64,000 nt of DNA from Mobula hypostoma (lineage: Eukaryota), in the NCBI RefSeq assembly GCF_963921235.1, contig NC_086097.1, forward strand, positions 31,870,001-31,934,000, given 5' to 3'. Below, in pieces: positions 35,221 through 47,148 of the stretch. The notes beneath the pieces are model-generated. The model ran no database searches and was not told the DNA's origin. It saw nothing but the letters and a program-made list of their open reading frames with translations. The translations under genes and the position numbers were made by a program. The stretch's first letter is position 1. Each line of letters starts with the position of its first letter.

Positions 35221-38200
35221 TCGGTGGTTTCTCGTGTTTGTGTCTTCCCTCCTGACCTGGATCCACCTATCACCTCCCAGTCTCTGTCACTCTCCCCTCC
35301 GGACCTGGATCTAGCCCCCATCTCCCAGCCTCTGTCACTATTCCCACCCTTCCTTCCTCCATTTGCCAGTCACCTCCCTCACCTGGATCCACCCATCAAA
35401 TGCCAGCCTTTGCTCCACCATCTTCTGTTCACCTTTGCATGCTAGTGATCACTCCTCTGTGCACCCAGTTATGGTGAGAGGGGGAAAGTTTAAATATTGA
35501 TGAGCAAGATTTTTACCCAGAGTGTGGTGTAGGTGGTGAAGATAAATCGAACAGAGGTGTTTTAGAGGTTCTTAAACAGGCCCATGGACGTGCAGAGAAT
35601 GGAGAGATATAGACATTGTGTAGGCAGATGTGATTAGTTAAGTCAGGGATTTAATTACCTTCTTAATTAGTTTGGCACATGGCACAACATTGTGGGCTAA
35701 AGGCAAGCTGGTCTGATATTGTCACGTGTACCAAGGTACAGTGACAAACTTGTCTTGCATGTTATCCATGCAGATCAATTAATTACAACGGTGCATTGAG
35801 GTAGTTCAAGGAAAAGCAATAACGTAGTGCAGAATAAAGTGTTACAGCTTCAAACAAAGTGCAGCATAAGTAGGCAAAAAGGTGCAAGGCCATGAATGGG
35901 AAGGACATGGGTATGGAAAGGGTCCAGATGTACGTTGATGGGACTAGGCAGATTAACAGTTCAGCACGGACTAGATGGGCCAAACAGCCTCTTTATATGC
36001 TGTAGTGCTCTATGACAATCTTAATAAAGTAGATTGTGAGGCCATTGGTCCACCTTATTATACAGATTCAAGTTTAATTATCATTCAACTGTGCATAAAT
36101 ACAGCTGATCGAAACAGCATTCCTTCGGGGCCATGGTGTAAAACATAAACAGCACGTTTAAAATACCGAGCAAATAAAAGAGCAAAGTCATGCAAAAAAA
36201 GATTTTTTTTATATATATATAGCCTAAGTCCTTGAGCGAGATGTTCTGCAATTTGGTAGTGCAGTTCCTGGCAGTGAGCAAACAAACAAACGCATGCAAT
36301 CTAACCTGTCATTCCACTGATCGAGCACTAGAGGGCAGCAGTAATAGCGGCCAGCCCCCAACTGAGCGTGGACGCCATGCTACGCCGCCTCCGGCGTCTC
36401 CTTTCCTGGATTGCAGCAGCAGGCAAGCCTGCAGCTCGAGGCCTAGTCCTCACTACAGCCGAGGCCACACAGCTCTTCCACCAAATGAGGAAAGCAGGCC
36501 TGCGAAATTTTACATTATCAATATCCAACAGGGCCTTGTGATTGCCAGAGAAACATCCAAGACAGTCGCCCATAGTTGCACTGCATGCTGTCTTCAGACA
36601 CCAACTTCGATGCCTTCCTGCAGCAGGCAGCAACATGGACTGCACCCAGTCCAGCTACGCCGATCAACGGGATAGGATAGACCTGCAGTACCTGAAATTC
36701 CCAGAGTCTGGCATTGTCTTGTGATCATAAAAAAAAGACATTTAACAAAGTAAAAAAACACTTCTGGTAACCCCCAAGAGGCTGCTGTGTCCCAACACGC
36801 TGTCATCTTACCGGAAGGAGGCTTAACAACAAAATCTGTCCTTGAACGTAGTGGTGTGTGCTTTCAGGCTTTTGTATCTTCTGCCCAATGGGAGGGGTAG
36901 AGGAGAGAATGTCCATTATGGGTGGTCTGTTTGATTATGCTGGCTGCTTTACCAAGCCAGCACAAAGTGTAGACAGAGGCCATGGAAGGGAGACTGGTTG
37001 CTCTGATTGCTGACCTGTGTCTACACGACTCTCTGCAATTTCTTGCTGTCCTGGGCAGAGCAGTTGCCAGGCCAAACCGATGGTGGTCTGTTGGTTCGGA
37101 AGTTAAAGATCCACTTGCAAAAGGAGACAAAGACGAAGATTAGCTTTAGTTGCCGCATTTGCATAGACATGAACAGTGAGATGTATCGTTTATGTCAAAG
37201 ACCAATGCAGTCTGAGGATGTCCTTTATTCCAAAGGGAGACAGAAGGTGAGTGGTTATAGCCCTTGGCCTGGCAGGGTGGCTCCCAGAGCTAGAATTGAC
37301 TCAAGGAATGAATGCCCTTCTCTGACCTTCCATGGTAAATTATGTTGCTCATGGGCAACGTGGAGGAACATTTGCCCTACTGAACTTTGCCTGGATTCTT
37401 GCATTATGTAGAATTCTTTGTGTTCAATTTCAGACTGCTTCAGGATTTTAAAAAATGTTGGATCAATCCAAAGTGAAAACGTAACGTTTCCTGCCCTAGG
37501 AAACGCTCAGCCTGTGGCCAAATGTGGACGGAGCAGAGAAGGCTGCAGAGATGTTGAAATATTATGCTTAGTAAAACATTTCCGTTGATTACCTTCACTT
37601 GTTACTCTTCACTTTCACTACATTGTTGTGGGAGTATAGACTGACAGTCTTAGCAGCCAGTCACCTGCTTGCCTTGTGAGAGGTCAGGCGGGGTTACCCA
37701 GTGACGGATGTGCTGGCCATTCAATGGTAGGGGCATCGATGTGAGGTCACGTATCAAGGCCAACAGGATCACCTCCAATCAAAGTTGGCAAGGTTTAGGC
37801 AGAGCAGGGAGTTGTTGGAAGATGGATTTAGTTGAAGAAGGTTTAAACATTACAAGCCTTTGTCTGAAAACATGGTTCATGGCAAGTGATGTGGTGTGCA
37901 GGGAGAAAGTGGCAGATTGTTGGAACTGAGACTCGAGGGAGTAATTTTGAAAGATACTGGCTTCATCGCACTATTAACTTCCAGCAATGCTGAGGTTCCG
38001 GTATCTCCTCAAATCCCAAGGCCATTTTTCCAGAGTGACACAATGGAGCCTTCTGCCCAGGTGGTTCCAGAGGAGTGTTTGCTGCACTGGCTAAGGACAA
38101 CGTCCGAACTAAGTTTGATATCGCCAACTCACGTGAAATTCACTGTTTTATGGCAGCAAAGGCAGAAAAATCTCAAAAATGAATGAATGGTGCAAAAAAA

Positions 38201-41200
38201 GTGGAAGTGAAATAGTGTTCACAAGTTCACCGGCTGTTTGGAAATCTGATTGCTGAACCTGAATTGTCGAGTGTGGGTCTTCGGGCTCCTGTACCTGGTG
38301 ATAGTAATGAGAAGAGGGCATATCCTGGGTGACAGGTGTCCTTAGTGATGAATGCTGTCTTCTTAGTGATGAAGCATTGCCTGTTGAAGATAGCCCCAAT
38401 GGTGGGGAGGCTCGTGCCCATGATGGAGCTGGCTGAGTTACAATTGCAACAACGTACCAAGTACACTCAAAAACTTTTACAGATGTACTGTGGAGAGCAT
38501 TCTGACTGGCTGCATCACCGCCTCTTGTGGGGTTGGGGGCTACTGCACAGGATCGAAGTAGGTTGCAGAAAGTTGTAAAATTGGACAGCGCCAACACGGG
38601 TACTAGCCTCCGTGATATCCAAGAAGTGGTATCTTCAATGAGCGGCGCCTCAGAAAGTGGGCGTCCATTATTAAGGACCCCCACCACCCAGGGCACGCCT
38701 TCTTCTCATTGTTACCGTCAGGTAGGAGGTACAGAAGCCTGAAGGCACACACTCAGCGATTCAGGAACAGCTTCTTCCCCTCAGCCACCTAATTCCTAAA
38801 TAGACATTGAACCCGTGAACAATATCTCACCACGTTATTATTTATTTATGTTTTTGCACTACTTATTTTAACTGAGCTATTTAATATATAGTACATATAT
38901 GCTTACTGTAACTCAGATTCTGTCTATATTTATCATGTATTAAACTGTACTGCTGCCACAAAGTTAACAAATTTCAAGACATATACCGATGATATTAAAC
39001 CTGATTCTGATTCTGAAATAAACGGAGGTTACAAGAACAGGTTAGAGTCTGGCAATGCTGTGGTAAGTCTCTCAGTTGCAGGCACCCTCTCCACGTTCAG
39101 CTTGTCAGGAGCGTGATGGGACACTCTCCACTTCTAATTATGTTAGTTAATTTTATTCAGAGATAACAGCATAGTAACAGGCCCCTCAGAATCAGGTTTG
39201 GTATCATTGGCCTATGCCATGGAATTTGTTGTTTTGTAGCATCTGTACATTACAATACATTATAATAAAAATATTACAAATGACAATAAGAAATATATAT
39301 GTAAAGTAGTGCAAAAAGAGAGCAAAAATAGGGGAGTGTACATGGGTTCAGAAATCCGTTGGCGGAGGGGAAGAAGCTGTTCCTAAAACATTGAATGTGT
39401 GTCTTTGGGCTCCTGCCCCCCTCCATAATGGTAACAATGAGAAGAGGGCATATCCTGGGTGGAGGGGCTCCTTAATGATGGACACTGTCTGTTTGAAGTA
39501 TTGCCTTTTGATGCTGGGTGGAGCTGGCTGAGCTTCCAACTTTCTGCAGCTTTCTCTGATCCTGTGCACTGGCCCCTCCATACCAGACGGTGATGCAACC
39601 AGTTAGAATGCTCTCCTCAATCTCCTAATGAGATAATAGTCACTGTCGTGGATTCTTTGTAATTGCATCAACGTGTTGAGCCCAGGACTGATCTTCAGAG
39701 ACGTTGACACCCAGGGACTTGAACCTGAATTGAATTGAATTGACTTTATTTCTTACATCCTTCACATACATGAGGAGTAAGAGTCTTTACATCTCCGTCT
39801 AAATGTGCAATGTGCAATCATAGTAATTTACAATGATTTATAATAAATAGAACAGTCAATGTAACATAGAAATGCATTCAAATCAGCGTGAGTTAATCAG
39901 TCTGTTGGCCTTGTGGAAGAAACTGACCCAGGGCCTGTTGGTTCTGGCTTTTATGCTGCGGTACTGTTTCCCGGATGGTTAGCAACTGGAACAGTTTGTG
40001 GTTAGGGTGACAGAGGTCTCAATGATCCTTCGGGCCCTTTTTTCACACCTGTCTTTGTAAATGTCCTGAGTCATGGGAAGTTCACAACTACAGATGCGCT
40101 GGGCTGTCCGCACCACTCTCAGCACAGTCCTGCAATTGAGAGAGGTACAGTTCCCATACCAGGCAGTGATGCAGCCAGTCAGGATGCTCTCAGTTGTGCC
40201 CCTGTAGAAAGTTCTTAGGATTTGGGTGCCCATACCAAACTTCCTCAACCGTCTGAGGTAAAAGAGGTGTGTTGTGCCTTCTTCACCACACAGCTGGTGT
40301 GTACAGACCACGTGAGGTCCTCGGGGATGTGGATGTTGAGGAGCTTAAAGCTGTCCACCCTTTCAACCCCAGATCTGTTGATGTCAACCTGTTCACCCTT
40401 ACCACTTCTGAACCCACAATGAGAACAGATGTGTGTTCCCATGACTTCCCACTCCTGAGTCCACAATCAATGATTCGGTCTTACTGACGTTGAATAAAAG
40501 GTTGATGTTGATGACACCACTCAAGCAGCTGATCTATCTCACACTTCTGTGCCTTCTCGTCACCATCTTTTTTCCTTCAGTCCCGCTGAAGGGTCTCAGC
40601 CCAAAATGTCGACTATACTCTTTACCATAGATGCTACCTGGCCTGCTGAATTCCTCGAGCATTTTGTGTGGGTTGCCTGCATTTTCAGCATCTGCAGGTG
40701 CTCTTGTTTGTGATTGACTTGCTGCCCTGCAAAGTCTCTTCCTGGGATGCCTACCCTGAAGAAGTTTAAATCCTCCCTTCGATGGGAGTTCAGTGAAACC
40801 CTCTCTCACTCTCGCCCTCTGTGATCTCTGTTGCCCTCTGACTCTTCGACCAAGTGCTCACACAGACCTCCTGGGAACAGGTCTTTGCCACCAGATTGTA
40901 CCACATGGCTTCCGGATCTGTATTCAGCCTTCTTGGTTCTGACCCTGTGAGGACCCCAGGTACTCACTATCAATTGACTTCTTCTCCCACTGCATTCTAC
41001 ACACCTTGATCTTTTTCTCTCCAGTCCTGATGAAGGGTCTCGGCCTAAACACGTCGACTATATTCTCTCCCATAGATGCTGCCTGGACCTGCTGAGTTCC
41101 TCCAGCATTCTGTGTGTGTTGACGAGGATCCTTGCCTGAATGACAGTTGGTCTAGGAATACTCGATGCTCAGAACCAGCCAGAACAAAGCAACCTGCTTA

Positions 41201-41689
41201 TATCCACTACAAAAAGTAGTAGATACAGCCCAGTCCATCAAGGGTAAACTGCAGGCCCCCCCCCCCCACCACCACTGAGCACAACTGCACAGAGCGCTGT
41301 CGCAGGAAAGCTATCTGTCAAGGACCCACATCATCTAAACCATGCTCTCTTCTTGCTGCCGCTCGGTCAGAAGGCACGGGAGCCTAAGGACCCACACCAC
41401 CAGGTTCAGGAACAGCCATCAGGCTCCTGAACCAAAGGGGATAACTTCACCCAACTTTGCCCATCACTAAACTGTTCCCACAACCTATGGACTCACTTTC
41501 AAGGACGCTTCATCTCATGTTCTTGACATTTGTTGCTTTTTCTTTTCTCTTACTTTTTGTATTTGTACAGCTTGTTCTTCTTTCGCACATTGGTTGTTGT
41601 CTGCCCTGTTGTTCCCCTCCATCACTAGTGTTGTGTGTCCTGGCCTGCGCTCCCTGAGGCACACTGCAGCACCTTCGTCAAAGGACTAT

Positions 41690-42570
41690 CACAGTGTAAC
41701 CCTCCCTCCACACTGCCCCTGCCACGGTGTAACCCTCCCTCCACACCGCCCCTGCCACGGTGTAACCTTCCCTCCACACCGCCCCTGAGTGTGACCCTCC
41801 CTCAACACCGCCCCTGAGTGTGACCCTCCCTCCACACCGCCCCTGAGTGTGACCTTCCCTCCACACCGCCCCTGCCACAGTGTGACCCTCCCTCCACACC
41901 GCCCCTGCCACGGTGTAACCTTCCCTCCACACCGCCCCTGCCACGGTGTGACCCTCCCTCCACACCGCCCCTGAGTGTGACCCTCCCTCCACACCGCCCC
42001 TGCCACGGTGTGACCCTCCCTCCACACCGCCCCTGCCACGGTGTGACCCTCCCTCCACACTGCCTCTGCCACGGTGTGACCTTCCCTCCACACCGCCCCT
42101 GAGTGTGACCCTCCCTCCACACCGCCCCTGCCACGGTGTAATCCTCCCTCCACACCGCCTCTGCCACGGTGTGACCCTCCCTCCACACCGCCCCTACCAC
42201 AGTGTAACCCTCCCTCAACACCGCCCCTGAGTGTGACCCTCCCTCCACACCGCCCCTGAGTGTGACCTTCCCTCCACACCGCCCCTGCCACAGTGTGACC
42301 CTCCCTCCACACCGCCCCTGCCACAGTGTGACCCTCCCTCCACACCGCCCCTGCCATGGTGTGACCCTCCCTCCACACCGCCCCTGACACAGTGTGACCC
42401 TCCCTCCACACCGCCCCTGCCACGGTGTGACCCTCCCTCCACACCGCCCCTGCCACAGTGTGACCCTCCCTCCACACCGCCCCTGCCATGGTGTGACCCT
42501 CCCTCCACACCGCCCCTGACACAGTGTGACCTTCCCTCAGTACTGCCCCTCCCACAGTGTGATGCTCCCT
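41690..42570. repeat. Minisatellite of mixed 33-bp (gccacggtgtgaccctccctccacaccgcccct) and 29-bp units
   Basis: Directly visible; explains the repetitive ORFs at 41678-42631. Confidence 0.97.
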
Positions 42571-43256
42571 GTATTTTGTGGCCTTTATCTGTGGAAAGAG
42601 CCTGTCTCTCTTGCCCTTTCTGTGGTGACAAAGATCAGATTCCAGCTCATCCTTGAACGTCTCCTGACATCTATTGGCCAGAAGCCAAAATATTTGTTAA
42701 TGCCCGAGCTCTGAGCCGACCTGTCAGGGAGCCAGCCGGAGTGTAACTGTTTTGCCATGTTTGCACAGAATTTGATTTGTGTTAAGATCTTTCCTTGAGG
42801 TATTTTGGCATGTGGCATTTTCAGTGAGAACAATATTTGCTAAAGCTTTCAATACCAGAGAGTATTCAGTCTAAAAGTGTAATGGAGTAACCATCTGCCT
42901 GTTATTTGCTCGTGTGTTCCAGAGTGAGGGAAGACTGAGCCTCTCAGAATCCGAATCAGGTTCAACGTCACTGGCATAAGTTGTAAAACTTGTTGTTTTG
43001 TGGTAGCAGTACAATGCAATACATAGTAATAAAAACTAAATTGCAATAAGTATATATTAAAAAAATGACGAGGAGTGCAAAAAGAGAAGGAAAAATACTG
43101 AGGCAGTGTTCATGCATTCATTGTCCATTCAGAAATCTGATGGGGAAGAGGAGGAAACTGCTCCAGAAACATTTGAGTGTTTATCTTCAGGCCCCTGTAC
43201 CACCTCTTTGATGGTAGCAATGACAAAAGTTCATGTCCTGGATGAAGGTGATCCTT

Positions 43257-43329
43257 TTTTTTTGGCGTCTGTGCGTGTGTGCGCGTCCGTGATGATGTCT
43301 TTTTCATGGCTTTTTCCAAGGCGCGGGGC

Positions 43330-43369
<40 letters not shown>

Positions 43370-43521
43370 GACTGAGACCGTGTGGCGTGCCACTCCTCAC
43401 ACAGACAGTTTCGCGGTATTTGACGAGCACGGATGGAAAGCGTACTCGGGAGCGGCCCTGACTGGTTTCGAACCCGGGAACCTCCGCTCCCAGGTCTGGC
43501 GCCGATGTCATTGCCCCACAT
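43257..43521 (-). mobile_element. tRNA-derived SINE containing a (GA)n(GACA)n microsatellite
   Basis: B box ggttcgaaacc (43464-43474, minus strand), poly-A tail. 16-bp TSD gatgaaggtgatcctt at 43241-43256 and 43522-43537. Confidence 0.85.
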
Positions 43522-43550
43522 GATGAAGGTGATCCTTAATGATAGATGCT

Positions 43551-43782
43551 AAGCAACACACACAAAATGCCGGAGGAACTCAGCAGGTCAGGCAGCACCC
43601 ACGGAAATCAATAGATAGTTGTCGTTTTGGGCTGAGACCCCTCTTGAGTCCTAAAGAAGGATCTCGAGCAGAAATGTCGACTATCTACTCATTTCCATAG
43701 ATGTTACCTTGCTTGCTGAGTTCCTCCAGCATTTTCTGTGTCTTTCTTTGGATTTCCAACATCTGTGGAACCTCTTCTGTTT
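43551..43782. mobile_element. Older degenerate palindromic Penelope-like terminal element
   Basis: Same arm sequences, diverged. Flanking repeats atgatagatgct (43539-43550) and atgatggatgct (43783-43794). Confidence 0.7.
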
Positions 43783-46665
43783 ATGATGGATGCTGCCTTT
43801 GAGGTTTCACCTTTTGAAGGTGTCCTGGATGCTAGGAAGGCTAGTGGCTATGATGGAGCTGGCTGAGTTTACAACATTCTGCAGATTTTTTTCAATCCTG
43901 TGCAGTAGTTGCTCCATAAGAGGCAGCAATGTAACCATTTTGAATCCTCTCTATGGTACATCTGTAGAAATTTGTGACTGTCTTTGGTGATGTACCAGTT
44001 CTCCTCAAAATCCTTGTGCCTTCTTTGCATCAATATGTTGGGCCCAGGAAAGATCCTCAGACTTGGTGGCACCCAGGAATTTCAAACTGCTCACCCTTTC
44101 CATTTCTGATCCCCCAATGAGGACTTGTGTGTGTTCCCTTGACTTCATATAACTGAAGCCTATAATCAATTCCTTGGTCTTACTGACATTGAGTGAAGAT
44201 TATTCCTGCAACTCACTCAACCAGCTGATCTATCTCGCTCCTGTACGCCTTCCCAGAACCATCTGAAATTCTGCCAACAATAATTATGTCATCAGCAAAT
44301 TTATAGATGGTGTTTAAGCTGTGCCTAACCACAGACTTGTGGGTGTTGATTGAGTGGGCTAAGCACGCATCCCCAAGGTGTGCCAGTGTTGATTATCCAC
44401 GAGGATGAGTTGTTATTTATGATCTGTACAGACTATGGTCTCCTGGTGAGGAAGTCAAGGATCCAATAGCAGAAGTCTTGGAGCTTGTTGATTAGAACTG
44501 AAGGTATGATTGTGTTGCACGGTGAGTGTAGTCAATAAACAGCAGCCTGATGTAGGTATTACTATTGTCCAGGTGATCCAAGGCCGAGTAGAAGGCCATT
44601 GAGATGGCATCATCTACTGTGGCGATAGGCAAACTGCAGCAGGCCCAGGTCCTTACTTAGGCAGGAGTTGACTCTAGCCATGATCAACCTCTCAAAGCCC
44701 TTCATCACCGTGGATGTGAGTACAACTGGGTGAGAGTCGTATGAAGTCGCCCTTTTGAAGCAGGTGGAAACCTCTGACTGCAGCAATGAGAGATTGAAGA
44801 TGTCCTTGACAACTCCCACGAGGTACACCGACAGGGCCTCATGCCTTGGGAGGGTTCACCCTCCTGAGAGATGATCTGACATCAGGTTCTGAGACAGAGG
44901 TCATGGGGTCACCGGATACTGCAGCGATTTGCGTAGATGTAGTTTCATTCTCTCTCTCAAAGCGTGCATAAAAGACCTTGAGCTGATCAGGGAGTGAAGC
45001 ATCAGAGCCTCTCATGATGTTGGGTTTCACCTTGTAGGAAGTGATAGCCTGCAAACCCTGCCAGAGGCTGACATGCATCCAGCTCCATCTCTAACGTCAA
45101 TGGGAAGTGTTTTCCTGCTCTGAAGATAGCCTTCCGTAAGTTGTACCTGCATTTCTTGTATAGAGTTGCACAAGGTAATAAGAGACATAGGTAGTGGATA
45201 GCCACCACCTTTTTCCCAGGTTCGAAATGGCTAATACAAAGGAGCATAATTTTAAGGTGAATGGAAGGAAGTATAGGGGGGATGCCAGAGGTTAGTTCTT
45301 TACACAGAGAGCGGTGGGTGTGTGGAACACCCTGCCAGAGATTGTGATAGAGGCAGAATTATTAGGAGCATTTAAGAGACTCTCAGATAGGCACATGGAT
45401 GATAGAAAAATGGATGGCTCTGTGGAAGGGAAGAGTTAGATCGATCTTAGAGTGTGTTAAAATGTTGGCATGACTTCATGGGCCGAAGGGCCTGTACTGT
45501 TCTATAATCTGTAGTTTGTGTTCTAAATATACCCAATGACTTGGCTCCACAGCTGTCTATGGCAAATCCACCATCCTCTGGCTAAAGCGTTTTATTCCTT
45601 GTAATCTAACCTTGCCCTTTTGTTACAGTCTGGACAGCCTCCTTTCCATTCTAATTGGAGAAGTTGTGGCCAGGACCCTACTCTGGGCTACCAGGTCTAG
45701 AGAGCCAATGAGCTCCCACAGATCTCCACACCTCATCTTCCTAAAGCTTGTCATTCAAACACTCTAACAAGCTTCAAAAGACCATGATGCAACCAGTCAC
45801 AAAGTTTCATCGAAGTATCCTGGCTGGTTGGATCATAGTCTGGTGAGGCCTCTGTTGATCGGGGTCAACCATAGATGTTGCATCCCAGCTGAATACGATC
45901 AGTCAGTACATATGCCAGAGCAGTACGTTATGGAGAAAAAGCTGTTGTCCATGCAGGAGACCCCCCCCCCCCACCTCCAGATAATGAACCCAAAGGAATG
46001 GCAGGAACCGATACAGTTTGGCACCAGCTGACTCACAGGAACTGCCTTAGGGTCTCCAGCTCTGGATTTTTCCTGGGGTTTACTCCTAAAGCCTTCCTCA
46101 TGAGAGGGTAGAGCTACACGACAGTGGAGGTTTGAGATCAGAGATTTCCTTCTTCTGGACGAGCCACCAATCATGGCTGATGAGCATCTGCCCGAAGTGA
46201 CTGGTTTTAAGCCGGCAGTCTGGTACAGCAATTCAGTCGGCACTGCCTCAGAAAGAGAACATCTATCATCAAAGATTCCCAGGGAAATATAGAAGCCGCA
46301 CACACCAGGTTCAGGAACAGCTACCTCCCATTAGCCATCTGGTTCCTGAACCAACCAACACAGTCTTAATCCCTACAGTTGGGCAGTACAATGAGTATTT
46401 TGCATTTTATTTTGTTCTATTTGTGTTCCTTCTTGCAAAAATTGTGTATAATTGTGCCTCATTTGTGTTTTTCTTGTCAACGTTGCATACCTGATGTTGT
46501 GTGCCTGCAATGCTGCTGTAAGTAAGTTTTTCATAGCATCTGTGTATATGTGGACTTGTGCACGTGACAATAAACTCAACTCAGGTCCTCGGGAGGGGTG
46601 GGAAAGGCAGTGAATGTGATTCCCATTTTAATTTTCTGCTCTCCACTTCCCAGCGAGAAGACACA

Positions 46666-46677
46666 ATGGTTCTTTGA
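46666..46677 (+). promoter_or_regulatory. Short uORF (ATG GTT CTT TGA) in the esr2 5' UTR part of the exon
   Basis: ATG at 46666 and stop at 46675-46677, downstream of the acceptor (46654) and upstream of the predicted start (46727). Confidence 0.6.
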
Positions 46678-46726
46678 GCGGCCGTCTCCCGGCAAGCTCC
46701 TGCTACACGGGGGCTGTGGGGCAGGG

Positions 46727-47148
46727 ATGGCTTTGTCCCCGAGGAAGGAGGGTCCACAGCTGCCCGAGCTGCCGGAATTCAGAGCTGAGGTGGCGGATAA
46801 CCACATGAAGAACTCGCCCCCAGTTTCCACGGCCCAGCCACAATACAGCGGCGTGCTGTCCGGTCTGAGCGAAAGTGGGACTGTGTGCATCCCAGCGCCT
46901 TACGTGGAGAACAGGCACGAATTCCCCACGCTGGCTTTCTACAGCCCATCCATCATGGGCTACAGCGTGCCCGGTGATGCCAGGACCGAGAGCACCTTCA
47001 CCAGGCAGGCTCTGAGCCCCTCGGTGTATTGGCCCTCGTCTGGGCACGTGTCTCCGATCACTCTCCACTGCCAGCAACCCGTCATGTACGCCGATCCCCC
47101 TCGGAGTCCTTGGAGCGAGCTGCGAACAGAACAACCACCACCCAACAG
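46727..47148 (+). CDS. esr2: Estrogen receptor beta, first coding exon (A/B domain). Exon spans 46654-47148; likely start ATG 46727, second in-frame Met at 46805
   Basis: Translation MKNSPP...TVCIPAPYVENRHEFPTLAFYSPSIMGYSVP...RQALSPSVYWPSSGHVSPITLHCQQPVMYADPPRSPWSELR..PPNR aligns by eye with the vertebrate ERbeta N-terminus (human [70 protein letters not shown]..VNR). Acceptor is polypyrimidine + cag at 46651-46653; donor AG|gtaaga at 47148/47149 (phase 2). Confidence 0.95.

Noticed and set aside
41678..42631. ORFs of 137-288 aa with GAVWREGHTV repeats
   Set aside because: Translation artefacts of the 33/29-bp minisatellite, open in several frames.
46598..46653. ORF-track start (GTG) for the 184-aa ORF
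   Set aside because: It lies upstream of the polypyrimidine tract and acceptor, so it is intronic.
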